Shown: positions 1 to 13,700, counted from the first letter of the stretch. The stretch: DNA of 64,000 nt from Callorhinchus milii (GCF_018977255.1 NW_024704743.1:52888001-52952000), one strand, 5' to 3'. Program-made: numbers and translations. Notes: generated by a model not told the origin, from the letters alone.

Positions 1-174
1 CAATTTCTCCCGTTTCAGAACATATTGTGCAATACGAGTAATCTCAGCACTCAAGTTGCCTCTCTCTTTCGACTCTTCATGATGTTATGGTAAATCTGAC
101 AATCTTCTCTCCTGTGAGAAATCCGTCTGGACCTCTCTTAATGAATGCAATACAGTTGACATTTAAAGGACAAA

Positions 175-292
175 GGTTGCAGAGTTCTGGTTGGTCATCT
201 CTTGGAGGGCAGAGATGGAGAGTCTGGCAAGCAGGGTATTAGTGCAGTTAAGCATCGACTTGATGAAAGCGTGGATGAGGGCCTTGGTGATC
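175..292 (-). mobile_element. Older degenerate L2 fragment in each array unit
   Basis: TKALIHAFIKSMLNCTNTLLARL..LQ...QNSA resembles the L2 motif ETLIHAFITSRLDY.NSLL.GLP..LQ.IQN.A. Confidence 0.6.
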
Positions 293-359
293 CCTTGGGA
301 GTGTGTACTATTTGCACAGATAACATCACGGGAGAGTTTGTTCCATGTGACTACCGCAA

Positions 360-1020
360 CCACAAACAACAACAACAAAGTTACAATTGTATAGCGCATT
401 TCGCATCGGGAGGACGTCCCAAGGTGCTGGATAGACGGAGTTGTGGACCCGAGCTAGGGTTCGGGAATGGGGAGGGCGGAGGGCAGGGGGCAAGCATGGA
501 GATCGAAAGAACGGTCGGAGAGGAGGGTCTTGAGATGGGTCTTGATGGAAACAAGGGAGGGGGCGAGGCGGAGGGACTGCAGGATGGAGTTCCAGATGGT
601 GGGAGCAGAATGGCAGAAGGCCCACTCGCCAACAGTGTGGCGAGCGAGGAGGGCGATGTGAAGCAGGTCAAAGCCCACTGACCTGAGAGATCGAGCAGGA
701 TGGTAGGGTGTTAGGAGGTCGCAGACGTAGATGGGAGCGTGAGCATGGAGCAGTTTGAAGGTGACGACCAGGATCTTGAACTGTATCATCTGTGTGATGG
801 GAAGCCAGTGCAGTGGGGCGAGAATGTGGTGGTAGGGTCACGGAGCCTGGTGCGGGAGAGGACAAGGGCTCCAGTGTTCTGGATGATCTGCAGCCTATGG
901 AGGGAGGAGTTGGGGAGGCCGACAAAAAAGGGGTTTGCATAGTCAAGCCTCGATGTAATGAAAGCGTGTATGATGGTTTGGGCAGAATGAAACAGTGGCG
1001 GAGCCGGGTGATGAGGAAAC
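360..1020 (-). mobile_element. 5'-truncated L2-clade LINE, present in every array unit (also about 2097-2757, 3779-4439, 5466-6118, 7227-7887, 8892-9552, 10590-11243)
   Basis: Minus-strand ORF2 C-terminal remnants (IIHAFITSRLDYAN, IQFKILVVTFKLLH), the conserved 3' end (ccttgggacgtcctcccga) and a (TTG)n tail. Confidence 0.9.
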
Positions 1021-1477
1021 ACATCTTCACCCCATAAGTGCGAAGATGTGTTTCTTCACCCCCAGCTATAAGTGAGAGTTCTCAAGCCAAGCCTTCGCTT
1101 TGTTCTCTTGCAGCAAAGCCTTCCATGTGCTGAATATGTGGTGATAATGTTGAATGTCCCCCAGAATTTCTTGGCGAATCAACTTATTTATTCGACAGAA
1201 GTTTATTTTTTTCGTGAAATCTATTTCACTATTGCTGATGTTCTGACCCCAACTCGGCTGTCAGTCCTCTGGTGATTGGAATTGTTTCCTTTCCCTCAAC
1301 TGCTTCTGTGGTATCACCGCGTGCTCCAAACAATGGCTCTTCCCCAATACAAATTGTTTCCTTTCCCTCTACTGAAATATCAACTTCCTAGTTCAGTGAC
1401 AATTGCCATTGGTGACTACCTTACTTTACACAAATGAATAATAAGTAAGTAATTCTACATTTCTGGTTTCTATTTAG

Positions 1478-1729
1478 ACTGTCTGTTGTTTTGCTGGAAC
1501 AAGGTGCTGTCCCAAAGATTACACAAGTGGTGTTTCCACTTCATCCAGAGCAATGAATGGCCTGAGCATTCCACTGGTGAGCATGATATCTGCAGTGGAG
1601 TCAGCTCTGAGCACCAGTGTGAGCAGTGACAGCTCAGCTGTTAAGTGTGATAGTGTGTATTCCTGTCCAGATGGAAACACTTGCTGTCGACAAAACACTG
1701 GACATTGGAGCTGCTGCCCCCATCCTCAG
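1478..1729 (+). CDS. grn: Granulin repeat exon copy 1 (C-half + linker + N-half, 84 aa)
   Basis: tttag|ACTGTC...CCTCAG|gtatgt; TVCCFAGTRCCPKDYTS...VKCDSVYSCPDGNTCCRQNTGHWSCCPHPQ. Confidence 0.88.
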
Positions 1730-4700
1730 GTATGTTACAATTTCTCCCGTTTCAGAACATATTGTGCAATACGAGTAATCTCAGCACTCAAGTTGCCTCT
1801 CTCTTTCGACTCTTCATGATGTTATGGTAAATCTGACAATCTTCTCTCCTGTGAGAAATCCGTCTAGACCTCTCTTAATGAATGCAATACAGTTGACATT
1901 TAAAGGACAAAGGTTGCAGAGTTCTGGTTGGTCATCTCTTGGAGGGCAGAGATGGAGAGTCTGGCAAGCAGGGTATTAGTGCAGTTAAGCATCGACTTGA
2001 TGAAAGCGTGGATGAGGGCCTTGGTGATCCCTTGGGAGTGTGTACTATTTGCACAGATAACATCACGGGAGAGTTTGTTCCATGTGACTACCGCAACCAC
2101 AAACAACAACAACAAAGTTACAATTGTATAGCGCATTTCGCATCGGGAGGACGTCCCAAGGTGCTGGATAGACGGAGTTGTGGACCCGAGCTAGGGTTCG
2201 GGAATGGGGAGGGCGGAGGGCAGGGGGCAAGCATGGAGATCGAAAGAACGGTCGGAGAGGAGGGTCTTGAGATGGGTCTTGATGGAAACAAGGGAGGGGG
2301 CGAGGCGGAGGGACTGCAGGATGGAGTTCCAGATGGTGGGAGCAGAATGGCAGAAGGCCCACTCGCCAACAGTGTGGCGAGCGAGGAGGGCGATGTGAAG
2401 CAGGTCAAAGCCCACTGACCTGAGAGATCGAGCAGGATGGTAGGGTGTTAGGAGGTCGCAGACGTAGATGGGAGCGTGAGCATGGAGCAGTTTGAAGGTG
2501 ACGACCAGGATCTTGAACTGTATCATCTGTGTGATGGGAAGCCAGTGCAGTGGGGCGAGAATGTGGTGGTAGGGTCACGGAGCCTGGTGCGGGAGAGGAC
2601 AAGGGCTCCAGTGTTCTGGATGATCTGCAGCCTATGGAGGGAGGAGTTGGGGAGGCCGACAAAAAAGGGGTTTGCATAGTCAAGCCTCGATGTAATGAAA
2701 GCGTGTATGATGGTTTGGGCAGAATGAAACAGTGGCGGAGCCGGGTGATGAGGAAACACATCTTCACCCCATAAGTGCGAAGATGTGTTTCTTCACCCCC
2801 AGCTATAAGTGAGAGTTCTCAAGCCAAGCCTTCGCTTTGTTCTCTTGCAGCAAAGCCTTCCATGTGCTGAATATGTGGTGATAATGTTGAATGTCCCCCA
2901 GAATTTCTTGGCGAATCAACTTATTTATTCTACAGCAGTTTATTTTCCTCGTGAAATCTATTTCACTATTGTTGATGTTCTGACCGCAACTCGGCTGTCA
3001 GTCCTCTGGTGATTGGAATTGTTTCCTTTCCCTCAACTGCTGTTTCCCCTCTAACTGAAATATCAACTTCCTAGTTCAGTGACAATTGCCATTGGTGACT
3101 ACCTTACTTTACACAAATGAATAATAAGTAAGTAATTCTACATTTCTGGTTTCTATTAGACTGTCTGTTGTTTTGCTGGAACAAGGTGCTGTCCCAAAGA
3201 TTACACAAGTGGTGTTTCCACTTCATCCAGAGCAATGAATGGCCTGAGCATTCCACTGGTGAGCATGATATCTGCAGTGGAGTCAGCTCTGAGCACCAGT
3301 GTGAGCAGTGACAGCTCAGCTGTTAAGTGTGATAGTGTGTATTCCTGTCCAGATGGAAACACTTGCTGTCGACAAAACACTGGACATTGGAGCTGCTGCC
3401 CCCATCCTCAGGTATGTTACAATTTCTCCCGTTTCAGAACATATTGTGCAATACGAGTAATCTCAGCACTCAAGTTGCCTCTCTCTTTCGACTCTTCATG
3501 ATGTTATGGTAAATCTGACAATCTTCTCTCCTGTGAGAAATCCGTCTAGACCTCTCTTAATGAATGCAATACAGTTGACATTTAAAGGACAAAGGTTGCA
3601 GAGTTCTGGTTGGTCATCTCTTGGAGGGCAGAGATGGAGAGTCTGGCAAGCAGGGTATTAGTGCAGTTAAGCATCGACTTGATGAAAGCGTGGATGAGGG
3701 CCTTGGTGATCCCTTGGGAGTGTGTACTATTTGCACAGATAACATCACGGGAGAGTTTGTTCCATGTGACTACCGCAACCACAAACAACAACAACAAAGT
3801 TACAATTGTATAGCGCATTTCGCATCGGGAGGACGTCCCAAGGTGCTGGATAGACGGAGTTGTGGACCCGAGCTAGGGTTCGGGAATGGGGAGGGCGGAG
3901 GGCAGGGGGCAAGCATGGAGATCGAAAGAACGGTCGGAGAGGAGGGTCTTGAGATGGGTCTTGATGGAAACAAGGGAGGGGGCGAGGCGGAGGGACTGCA
4001 GGATGGAGTTCCAGATGGTGGGAGCAGAATGGCAGAAGGCCCACTCGCCAACAGTGTGGCGAGCGAGGAGGGCGATGTGAAGCAGGTCAAAGCCCACTGA
4101 CCTGAGAGATCGAGCAGGATGGTAGGGTGTTAGGAGGTCGCAGACGTAGATGGGAGCGTGAGCATGGAGCAGTTTGAAGGTGACGACCAGGATCTTGAAC
4201 TGTATCATCTGTGTGATGGGAAGCCAGTGCAGTGGGGCGAGAATGTGGTGGTAGGGTCACGGAGCCTGGTGCGGGAGAGGACAAGGGCTCCAGTGTTCTG
4301 GATGATCTGCAGCCTATGGAGGGAGGAGTTGGGGAGGCCGACAAAAAAGGGGTTTGCGTAGTCAAGCCTCGATGTAATGAAAGCGTGTATGATGGTTTGG
4401 GCAGAATGAAACAGTGGCGGAGCCGGGTGATGAGGAAACACATCTTCACCCCATAAGTGCGAAGATGTGTTTCTTCACCCCCAGCTATAAGTGAGAGTTC
4501 TCAAGCCAAGCCTTCGCTTTGTTCTCTTGCAGCAAAGCCTTCCATGTGCTGAATATGTGGTGATAATGTTGAATGTCCCCCAGAATTTCTTGGCGAATCA
4601 ACTTATTTATTCTACAGCAGTTTATTTTCCTCGTGAAATCTATTTCACTATTGTTGATGTTCTGACCGCAACTCGGCTGTCAGTCCTCTGGTGATTGGAA

Positions 4701-7700
4701 TTGTTTCCTTTCCCTCAACTGCAATGTTTCCTTTCCCTCACTGAAATATCAACTTCCTAGTTCAGTGACAATTGCCATTGGTGACTACCTTACTTTACAC
4801 AAATGAATAATAAGTAAGTAATTCTACATTTCTGGTTTCTATTTAGACTGTCTGTTGTTTTGCTGGAACAAGGTGCTGTCCCAAAGATTACACAAGTGGT
4901 GTTTCCACTTCATCCAGAGCAATGAATGGCCTGAGCATTCCACTGGTGAGCATGATATCTGCAGTGGAGTCAGCTCTGAGCACCAGTGTGAGCAGTGACA
5001 GCTCAGCTGTTAAGTGTGATAGTGTGTATTCCTGTCCAGATGGAAACACTTGCTGTCGACAAAACACTGGACATTGGAGCTGCTGCCCCCATCCTCAGGT
5101 ATGTTACAATTTCTCCCGTTTCAGAACATATTGTGCAATACGAGTAATCTCAGCACTCAAGTTGCCTCTCTCTTTCGACTCTTCATGATGTTATGGTAAA
5201 TCTGACAATCTTCTCTCCTGTGAGAAATCCGTCTAGACCTCTCTTAATGAATGCAATACAGTTGACATTTAAAGGACAAAGGTTGCAGAGTTCTGGTTGG
5301 TCATCTCTTGGAGGGCAGAGATGGAGAGTCTGGCAAGCAGGGTATTAGTGCAGTTAAGCATCGACTTGATGAAAGCGTGGATGAGGGCCTTGGTGATCCC
5401 TTGGGAGTGTGTACTATTTGCACAGATAACATCACGGGAGAGTTTGTTCCATGTGACTACCGCAACCACAAACAACAACAACAAAGTTACAATTGTATAG
5501 CGCATTTCGCATCGGGAGGACGTCCCAAGGTGCTGGATAGACGGAGTTGTGGACCCGAGCTAGGGTTCGGGAATGGGGAGGGCGGAGGGCAGGGGGCAAG
5601 CATGGAGATCGAAAGAACGGTCGGAGAGGAGGGTCTTGAGATGGGTCTTGATGGAAACAAGGGAGGGGGCGAGGCGGAGGGACTGCAGGATGGAGTTCCA
5701 GATGGTGGGAGCAGAATGGCAGAAGGCCCACTCGCCAACAGTGTGGCGAGCGAGGAGGGCGATGTGAAGCAGGTCAAAGCCCACTGACCTGAGAGATCGA
5801 GCAGGATGGTAGGGTGTTAGGAGGTCGCAGACGTAGATGGGAGCGTGAGCATGGAGCAGTTTGAAGGTGACGACCAGGATCTTGAACTGTATCATCTGTG
5901 TGATGGGAAGCCAGTGCAGTGGGGCGAGAATGTGGTGGTAGGGTCACGGAGCCTGGTGCGGGAGAGGACAAGGGCTCCAGTGTTCTGGATGATCTGCAGC
6001 CTATGGAGGGAGGAGTTGGGGAGGCGACAAAAAAGGGGTTTGCATAGTCAAGCCTCGATGTAATGAAAACGTGATGGTTTTGGCAGAATGAAACAGTGGC
6101 AGAGCCGGGCGATGAGGACACACATCTTCACCCCATAAGTGCGAAGATGTGTTTCTTCACCCCCAGCTATAAGTGAGAGTTCTCAAGCCAAGCCTTCACT
6201 TTGTTCTCTTGCAGCAAAGCCTTCCATGTGCTGAATATGTGGTGATAATGTTGAATGTACCCCAGAATTTCTTGGCAAATCAACTTATTTATTCTGCAGA
6301 AGTTTATTTTCCTCGTGAAATCTATTTCACTATTGCTGATGTTCTGACCCCAACTCGGCTGTCAGTCCTCTGGTGATTGGAATTGTTTCCTTTCCCTCAA
6401 CTGCTTCTGTGGTATCACCTCGTGCTCCAAACAATGGCTCTTCCCCCAATACAAAGTGTCCCCAACAACCAAGGACCAGGTTCCCGCTTTCAGCAATGGG
6501 GTCTAAATATCAACTTCCTAGTTCAGTGACAATTGCCATTGGTGACTACCTTACTTTACACAAATGAATAATAAGTAAGTAATTCTACATTTCTGGTTTC
6601 TATATAGACTGTCTGTTGTTTTGCTGGAACAAGGTGCTGTCCCAAAGATTACACAAGTGGTGTTTCCACTTCATCCAGAGCAATGAATGGCCTGAGCATT
6701 CCACTGGTGAGCATGATATCTGCAGTGGAGTCAGCTCTGAGCACCAGTGTGAGCAGTGACAGCTCAGCTGTTAAGTGTGATAGTGTGTATTCCTGTCCAG
6801 ATGGAAACACTTGCTGTCGACAAATCACTGGACATTGGAGCTGCTGCCCCCATCCTCAGGTATGTTACAATTTCTCCCGTTTCAGAACATATTGTGCAAT
6901 ACGAGTAATCTCAGCACTCAAGTTGCCTCTCTCTTTCGACTCTTCATGATGTTATGGTAAATCTGACAATCTTCTCTCCTGTGAGAAATCCGTCTAGACC
7001 TCTCTTAATGAATGCAATACAGTTGACATTTAAAGGACAAAGGTTGCAGAGTTCTGGTTGGTCATCTCTTGGAGGGCAGAGATGGAGAGTCTGGCAAGCA
7101 GGGTATTAGTGCAGTTAAGCATCGACTTGATGAAAGCGTGGATGAGGGCCTTGGTGATCCCTTGGGAGTGTGTACTATTTGCACAGATAACATCACGGGA
7201 GAGTTTGTTCCATGTGACTACCGCCACCACCAACAACAACAACAAAGTTACAATTGTATAGCGCATTTCGCATCGGGAGGACGTCCCAAGGCGCTGGATA
7301 GACAGAGTTGTGGATCCGAGCTAGGGTTCGGGATTGGGGAGGGCAGAGGGCAGGGGGCAAGCATGGAGATCGAAAGAACGGTCGGAGAGGAGGGTCTTGA
7401 GATGGGTCTTGATGGAAACAAGGGAGGGGGCGAGGCGGAGGGACTGCAGGATGGAGTTCCAGATGGTGGGAGCAGAATGGCAGAAGGCCCACTCGCCAAC
7501 AGTGTGGCGAGCGAGGAGGGCGATGTGAAGCAGGTCAAAGCCCACTGACCTGAGAGATCGAGCAGGATGGTAGGGTGTTAGGAGGTCGCAGACGTAGATG
7601 GGAGCGTGAGCATGGAGCAGTTTGAAGGTGACGACCAGGATCTTGAACTGTATCATCTGTGTGATGGGAAGCCAGTGCAGTGGGGCGAGAATGTGGTGGT

Positions 7701-10700
7701 AGGGTCACGGAGCCTGGTGCGGGAGAGGACAAGGGCTCCAGTGTTCTGGATGATCTGCAGCCTATGGAGGGAGGAGTTGGGGAGGCCGACAAAAAAGGGG
7801 TTTGCGTAGTCAAGCCTCGATGTAATGAAAGCGTGTATGATGGTTTGGGCAGAATGAAACAGTGGCGGAGCCGGGTGATGAGGAAACACATCTTCACCCC
7901 ATAAGTGCGAAGATGTGTTTCTTCACCCCCAGCTATAAGTGAGAGTTCTCAAGCCAAGCCTTCGCTTTGTTCTCTTGCAGCAAAGCCTTCCATGTGCTGA
8001 ATATGTGGTGATAATGTTGAATGTCCCCCAGAATTTCTTGGCAAATCAACTTATTTATTCTACAGCAGTTTATTTTCCTCGTGAAATCTATTTCACTATT
8101 GTTGATGTTCTGACCGCAACTCGGCTGTCAGTCCTCTGGTGATTGGAATTGTTTCCTTTCCCTCAACTGAAATATCAACTTCCTAGTTCAGTGACAATTG
8201 CCATTGGTGACTACTTTACTTTACACAAATGAATAATAAGTAAGTAATTCTACATTTCTGGTTTCTATTTAGACTGTCTGTTGTTTTGCTGGAACAAGGT
8301 GCTGTCCCAAAGATTACACAAGTGGTGTTTCCACTTCATCCAGAGCAATGAATGGCCTGAGCATTCCACTGGTGAGCATGATATCTGCAGTGGAGTCAGC
8401 TCTGAGCACCAGTGTGAGCAGTGACAGCTCAGCTGTTAAGTGTGATAGTCTGTATTCCTGTCCAGATGGAAACACTTGCTGTCGACAAAACACTGGACAT
8501 TGGAGCTGCTGCCCCCATCCTCAGGTATGTTACAATTTCTCCCGTTTCAGAACATATTGTGCAATACGAGTAATCTCAGCACTCAAGTTGCCTCTCTCTT
8601 TCGACTCTTCATGATGTTATGGTAAATCTGACAATCTTCTCTCCTGTGAGAAATCCGTCTAGACCTCTCTTAATGAATGCAATACAGTTGACATTTAAAG
8701 GACAAAGGTTGCAGAGTTCTGGTTGGTCATCTCTTGGAGGGCAGAGATGGAGAGTCTGGCAAGCAGGGTATTAGTGCAGTTAAGCATCGACTTGATGAAA
8801 GCGTGGATGAGGGCCTTGGTGATCCCTTGGGAGTGTGTACTATTTGCACAGATAACATCACGGGAGAGTTTGTTCCATGTGACTACCGCAACCACAAACA
8901 ACAACAACAAAGTTACAATTGTATAGCGCATTTCGCATCGGGAGGACGTCCCAAGGTGCTGGATAGACGGAGTTGTGGACCCGAGCTAGGGTTCGGGAAT
9001 GGGGAGGGCGGAGGGCAGGGGGCAAGCATGGAGATCGAAAGAACGGTCGGAGAGGAGGGTCTTGAGATGGGTCTTGATGGAAACAAGGGAGGGGGCGAGG
9101 CGGAGGGACTGCAGGATGGAGTTCCAGATGGTGGGAGCAGAATGGCAGAAGGCCCACTCGCCAACAGTGTGGCGAGCGAGGAGGGCGATGTGAAGCAGGT
9201 CAAAGCCCACTGACCTGAGAGATCGAGCAGGATGGTAGGGTGTTAGGAGGTCGCAGACGTAGATGGGAGCGTGAGCATGGAGCAGTTTGAAGGTGACGAC
9301 CAGGATCTTGAACTGTATCATCTGTGTGATGGGAAGCCAGTGCAGTGGGGCGAGAATGTGGTGGTAGGGTCACGGAGCCTGGTGCGGGAGAGGACAAGGG
9401 CTCCAGTGTTCTGGATGATCTGCAGCCTATGGAGGGAGGAGTTGGGGAGGCCGACAAAAAAGGGGTTTGCATAGTCAAGCCTCGATGTAATGAAAGCGTG
9501 TATGATGGTTTTGGCAGAATGAAACAGTGGCGGAGCCGGGTGATGAGGAAACACATCTTCACCCCATAAGTGCGAAGATGTGTTTCTTCACCCCCAGCTA
9601 TAAGTGAGAGTTCTCAAGCCAAGCCTTCGCTTTGTTCTCTTGCAGCAAAGCCTTCCATGTGCTGAATATGTGGTGATAATGTTGAATGTCCCCCAGAATT
9701 TCTTGGCGAATCAACTTATTTATTCTACAGCAGTTTATTTTCCTCGTGAAATCTATTTCACTATTGTTGATGTTCTGACCGCAACTCGGCTGTCAGTCCT
9801 CTGGTGATTGGAATTGTTTCCTTTCCCTCAACTGCAATTGTTTCCTTTCCCTCTACTGAAATATCAACTTCCTAGTTCAGTGACAATTGCCATTGGTGAC
9901 TACTTTACTTTACACAAATGAATAATAAGTAAGTAATTCTACATTTCTGGTTTCTATTTAGACTGTCTGTTGTTTTGCTGGAACAAGGTGCTGTCCCAAA
10001 GATTACACAAGTGGTGTTTCCACTTCATCCAGAGCAATGAATGGCCTGAGCATTCCACTGGTGAGCATGATATCTGCAGTGGAGTCAGCTCTGAGCACCA
10101 GTGTGAGCAGTGACAGCTCAGCTGTTAAGTGTGATAGTGTGTATTCCTGTCCAGATGGAAACACTTGCTGTCGACAAAACACTGGACATTGGAGCTGCTG
10201 CCCCCATCCTCAGGTATGTTACAATTTCTCCCGTTTCAGAACATATTGTGCAATACGAGTAATCTCAGCACTCAAGTTGCCTCTCTCTTTCGACTCTTCA
10301 TGATGTTATGGTAAATCTGACAATCTTCTCTCCTGTGAGAAATCCGTCTAGACCTCTCTTAATGAATGCAATACAGTTGACATTTAAAGGACAAAGGTTG
10401 CAGAGTTCTGGTTGGTCATCTCTTGGAGGGCAGAGATGGAGAGTCTGGCAAGCAGGGTATTAGTGCAGTTAAGCATCGACTTGATGAAAGCGTGGATGAG
10501 GGCCTTGGTGATCCCTTGGGAGTGTGTACTATTTGCACAGATAACATCACGGGAGAGTTTGTTCCATGTGACCACCGCCACCACCACCACCAACAACAAC
10601 AAAATTACAATTGTATAGCGCATTTCACATCGGGAGGACGTCCCAAGGCGCTGGATAGACGGAGTTGTGGACCCGACCTGGGGTTCGGATTGGGGAGGGC

Positions 10701-13700
10701 GGAGGGCAGGGGGCAAGCATGGAGTTCGAAAGAACGGTCGAAGAGGAGGGTCTTGAGATGGGTCTTGATGGAAACAAGGGAGGGGGCGAGGCGGAGGGAC
10801 TGCAGGATGGAGTTCCAGATGGTGGGAGCAGAATGGCAGAAGGCCCACTCGCCAACAGTGTGGCGAGCGAGGAGGGCGATGTGAAGCAGGTCAAAGCCCA
10901 CTGACCTGAGAGATCGAGCAGGATGGTAGGGTGTTAGGAGGTCGCAGACGTAGATGGGAGCGTGAGCATGGAGTAGTTTGAAGGTGACGACCAGGATCTT
11001 GAACTGTATCATCTGTGTGATGGGAAGCCAGTGCAGTGGGGCGAGAATGTGGTGGTAGGGTCACGGAGCCTGGTGCGGGAGAGGACAAGGGCTCCAGTGT
11101 TCTGGATGATCTGCAGCCTATGGAGGGAGGAGTTGGGGAGGCCGACAAAAAAGGGGTTTGCATAGTCAAGCCTCGATGTAATGAAAGCGTGTATGATGGT
11201 TTGGGCAGAATGAAACAGTGGCGGAGCCGGGTGATGAGGAAACACATCTTCACCCCATAAGTGCGAAGATGTGTTTCTTCACCCCCAGCTATAAGTGAGA
11301 GTTCTCAAGCCAAGCCTTCGCTTTGTTCTCTTGCAGCAAAGCCTTCCATGTGCTGAATATGTGGTGATAATGTTGAATGTCCCCCAGAATTTCTTGGCAA
11401 ATCAACTTATTTATTCTGCAGAAGTTTATTTTCCTCGTGAAATCTATTTCACTATTGCTGATGTTCTGACCCCAACTCGGCTGTCAGTCCTCTGGTGATT
11501 GGAATTGTTTCCTTTCCCTCAACTGCTTCTGTGGTATCACTTCGTGCTCCAAACAATGGCTCTTCCCCCAATACAAAGTGTCCCCAACAACCAAGGACCA
11601 GGTTCCCGCTTTCAGCAATGGGATCTAAATATCAACTTCCTAGTTCAGTGACAATTGCCATTGGTGACTACCTTACTTTACACAAATGAATAATAAGTAA
11701 GTAATTCTACATTTCTGGTTTCTATTTAGACTGTCTGTTGTTTTGCTGGAACAAGGTGCTGTCCCAAAGATTACACAAGTGGTGTTTCCACTTCATCCAG
11801 AGCAATGAATGGCCTGAGCATTCCACTGGTGAGCATGATATCTGCAGTGGAGTCAGCTCTGAGCACCAGTGTGAGCAGTGACAGCTCAGCTGTTAAGTGT
11901 GATAGTGTGTATTCCTGTCCAGATGGAAACACTTGCTGTCGACAAAACACTGGACATTGGAGCTGCTGCCCCCATCCTCAGGTATGTCACAATTTCTCCC
12001 GTTTCAGAACATATTGTGCAATACGAGTAATCTCAGCACTCAAGTTGCCTCTCTCTTTCTATATCTGATGCTAGGTTTGCATATATTTGTGTGCTGAGTG
12101 GAATGGATCCTTCTTGTCATTATCACCAACCACTTGTCATCAGTCTCAATTTGCACAAATATTTGTGATTTACTTTATTCTTTTCATTGATGGAGTATGT
12201 TCATTCTGTATGTCCACATAAGCATATCACCATTGCTTTCATGCTAGAAATGAACGCTTACTCAATTAATCCACTTTACATTCTGTGAAGCACTGTGATG
12301 TAACTCAATAACATGACAAGGTGCTATATCAAATGCAAGTATTTTTTTATCATCCAGTCATGTTCTATAACCTCTTTTCTGAAACATCTCTTTTACAGGC
12401 TGAAAACTCTTAATTCCTAATTTTTGACTCTGTCAAAAATTGATTGTGAGATATAAAAAGTCTGTTAAAAATTGTTTTCCCCGATTAGGACACTTGCTGG
12501 AGCTTCAGAAAATATTTGGCCTGATTTATGTGTAGCTAGAATGCTTCCTCACACTTTAATGAATCTTATGGCACAATACACCAAAGTATCCCATTCATTG
12601 TAGAATCATAGAAAATTTACAACAACAAGATTACATTTGTGTAGTGCCTTTCACGTCGTGAGAGCATTCCACAACCGAATTCTTGGAATGAAAAAAATGG
12701 CCCAAGCTTTCCTTTTGCTCTTCTTTTGAATGATTCTTCCTGCCATAATTTTTTCCCAATTTGTAGCAAACCGTATTAGTTGATAGCTCTATTGCTTCTG
12801 GGTCAGAAGATTGTGAGTTCAAGCCTCATGTTAGGACTTTGAATACACATCTACGCTAACGTTTCAGTACAGTACTGTGGGAGTACTGCAGTGTTATAGG
12901 TGTCATTCTTTGGATGACATGGCCTATCTACTGAGAAGACAAAATAATTTGTATTTGAACACATCAGACTCCATTATGATGATTTGAATCTGTAAAAGGA
13001 GACTGTATATTATATGGGTCCACATACGACAATGGCCACCAGTTCATGCTTCCACATTGTTGTTGTGTTAGCTGAGTGGTCAGCACAGATCACCCTTGTA
13101 AGCATTTCTGTCAGTTGCTGACTTGCTGTGACAGATGCTTTCTCTGAAGCGCTCTGAGACACTATCCGGCATGAAGGGCACTGTATAAATGAACGTTGTT
13201 GTTGTTTCTGTATCTGCGCAATATGGACGGGAAATCAGACAGGCATTGTCATAAGCTCAAAGTGTAATACACTTTTGGTGTATTACAAATCTATGATATG
13301 CCAGGCAACTGTGTGGACCCACAATAAACTGTTTTGTGGTGTAATTAGGTCTAACTAAATATAAGAAGTTTTTTTTTCAAAAAGTCTCATTTCCTGTTAA
13401 CTCTATTATCTATTTCCAAAACCATTCCACAAACTGAAATGATTCGCTTCCAGCTCAGTAATATTCTTTTACAACACAAGGGGCTTCTCTGTCCAAATTT
13501 CATTCAAGTTCTGCTTGAAACATTCTTCAATATAAGAAGTTTTTGCTATATTGTGTTATGATTTACCACCAAACACTTACTCTATTGTGTGTTCCTTTCC
13601 AGACTGTGTGTTGTTTTGGTGGCACACGATGCTGTCCCAAGGATTTTTCTACTTTGTTCAAGACATCAAGTAGTCTGAGCGTTCCAGTTAACAGGATGAA

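Larger units (their letters stand above)
1..12059 (+). repeat. Tandem array of a ~1.7-kb unit (intron + granulin exon); 7 full units plus a partial one, continuing upstream
   Basis: Units start at about 71, 1808, 3490, 5177, 6938, 8603 and 10292. Exon-to-exon spacing is 1682/1687/1761/1665/1689/1768. The ORF track repeats almost verbatim. Position 1 matches the sequence 8 nt after the exon donor. Confidence 0.98.

Noticed and set aside
163..1275. Many overlapping 60-160 aa ORFs repeated in each array unit
   Set aside because: They are frames or antisense frames of degenerate L2 fragments and intron sequence. Only the Cys-rich exon has splice sites and a protein-family signature.
1553..1819. 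Stand-alone 88-aa ORFs (MNGLSIPL...) as separate small granulin genes
   Set aside because: The ATG is internal to an exon that starts 75 nt upstream at an AG acceptor. The ORF runs through a GT donor into intron, and no signal-peptide exon or promoter is evident per unit.
1..12059. CRISPR-like or prokaryotic repeat system
   Set aside because: This is a vertebrate intron-exon context with kilobase units, no unique spacers and no cas genes.
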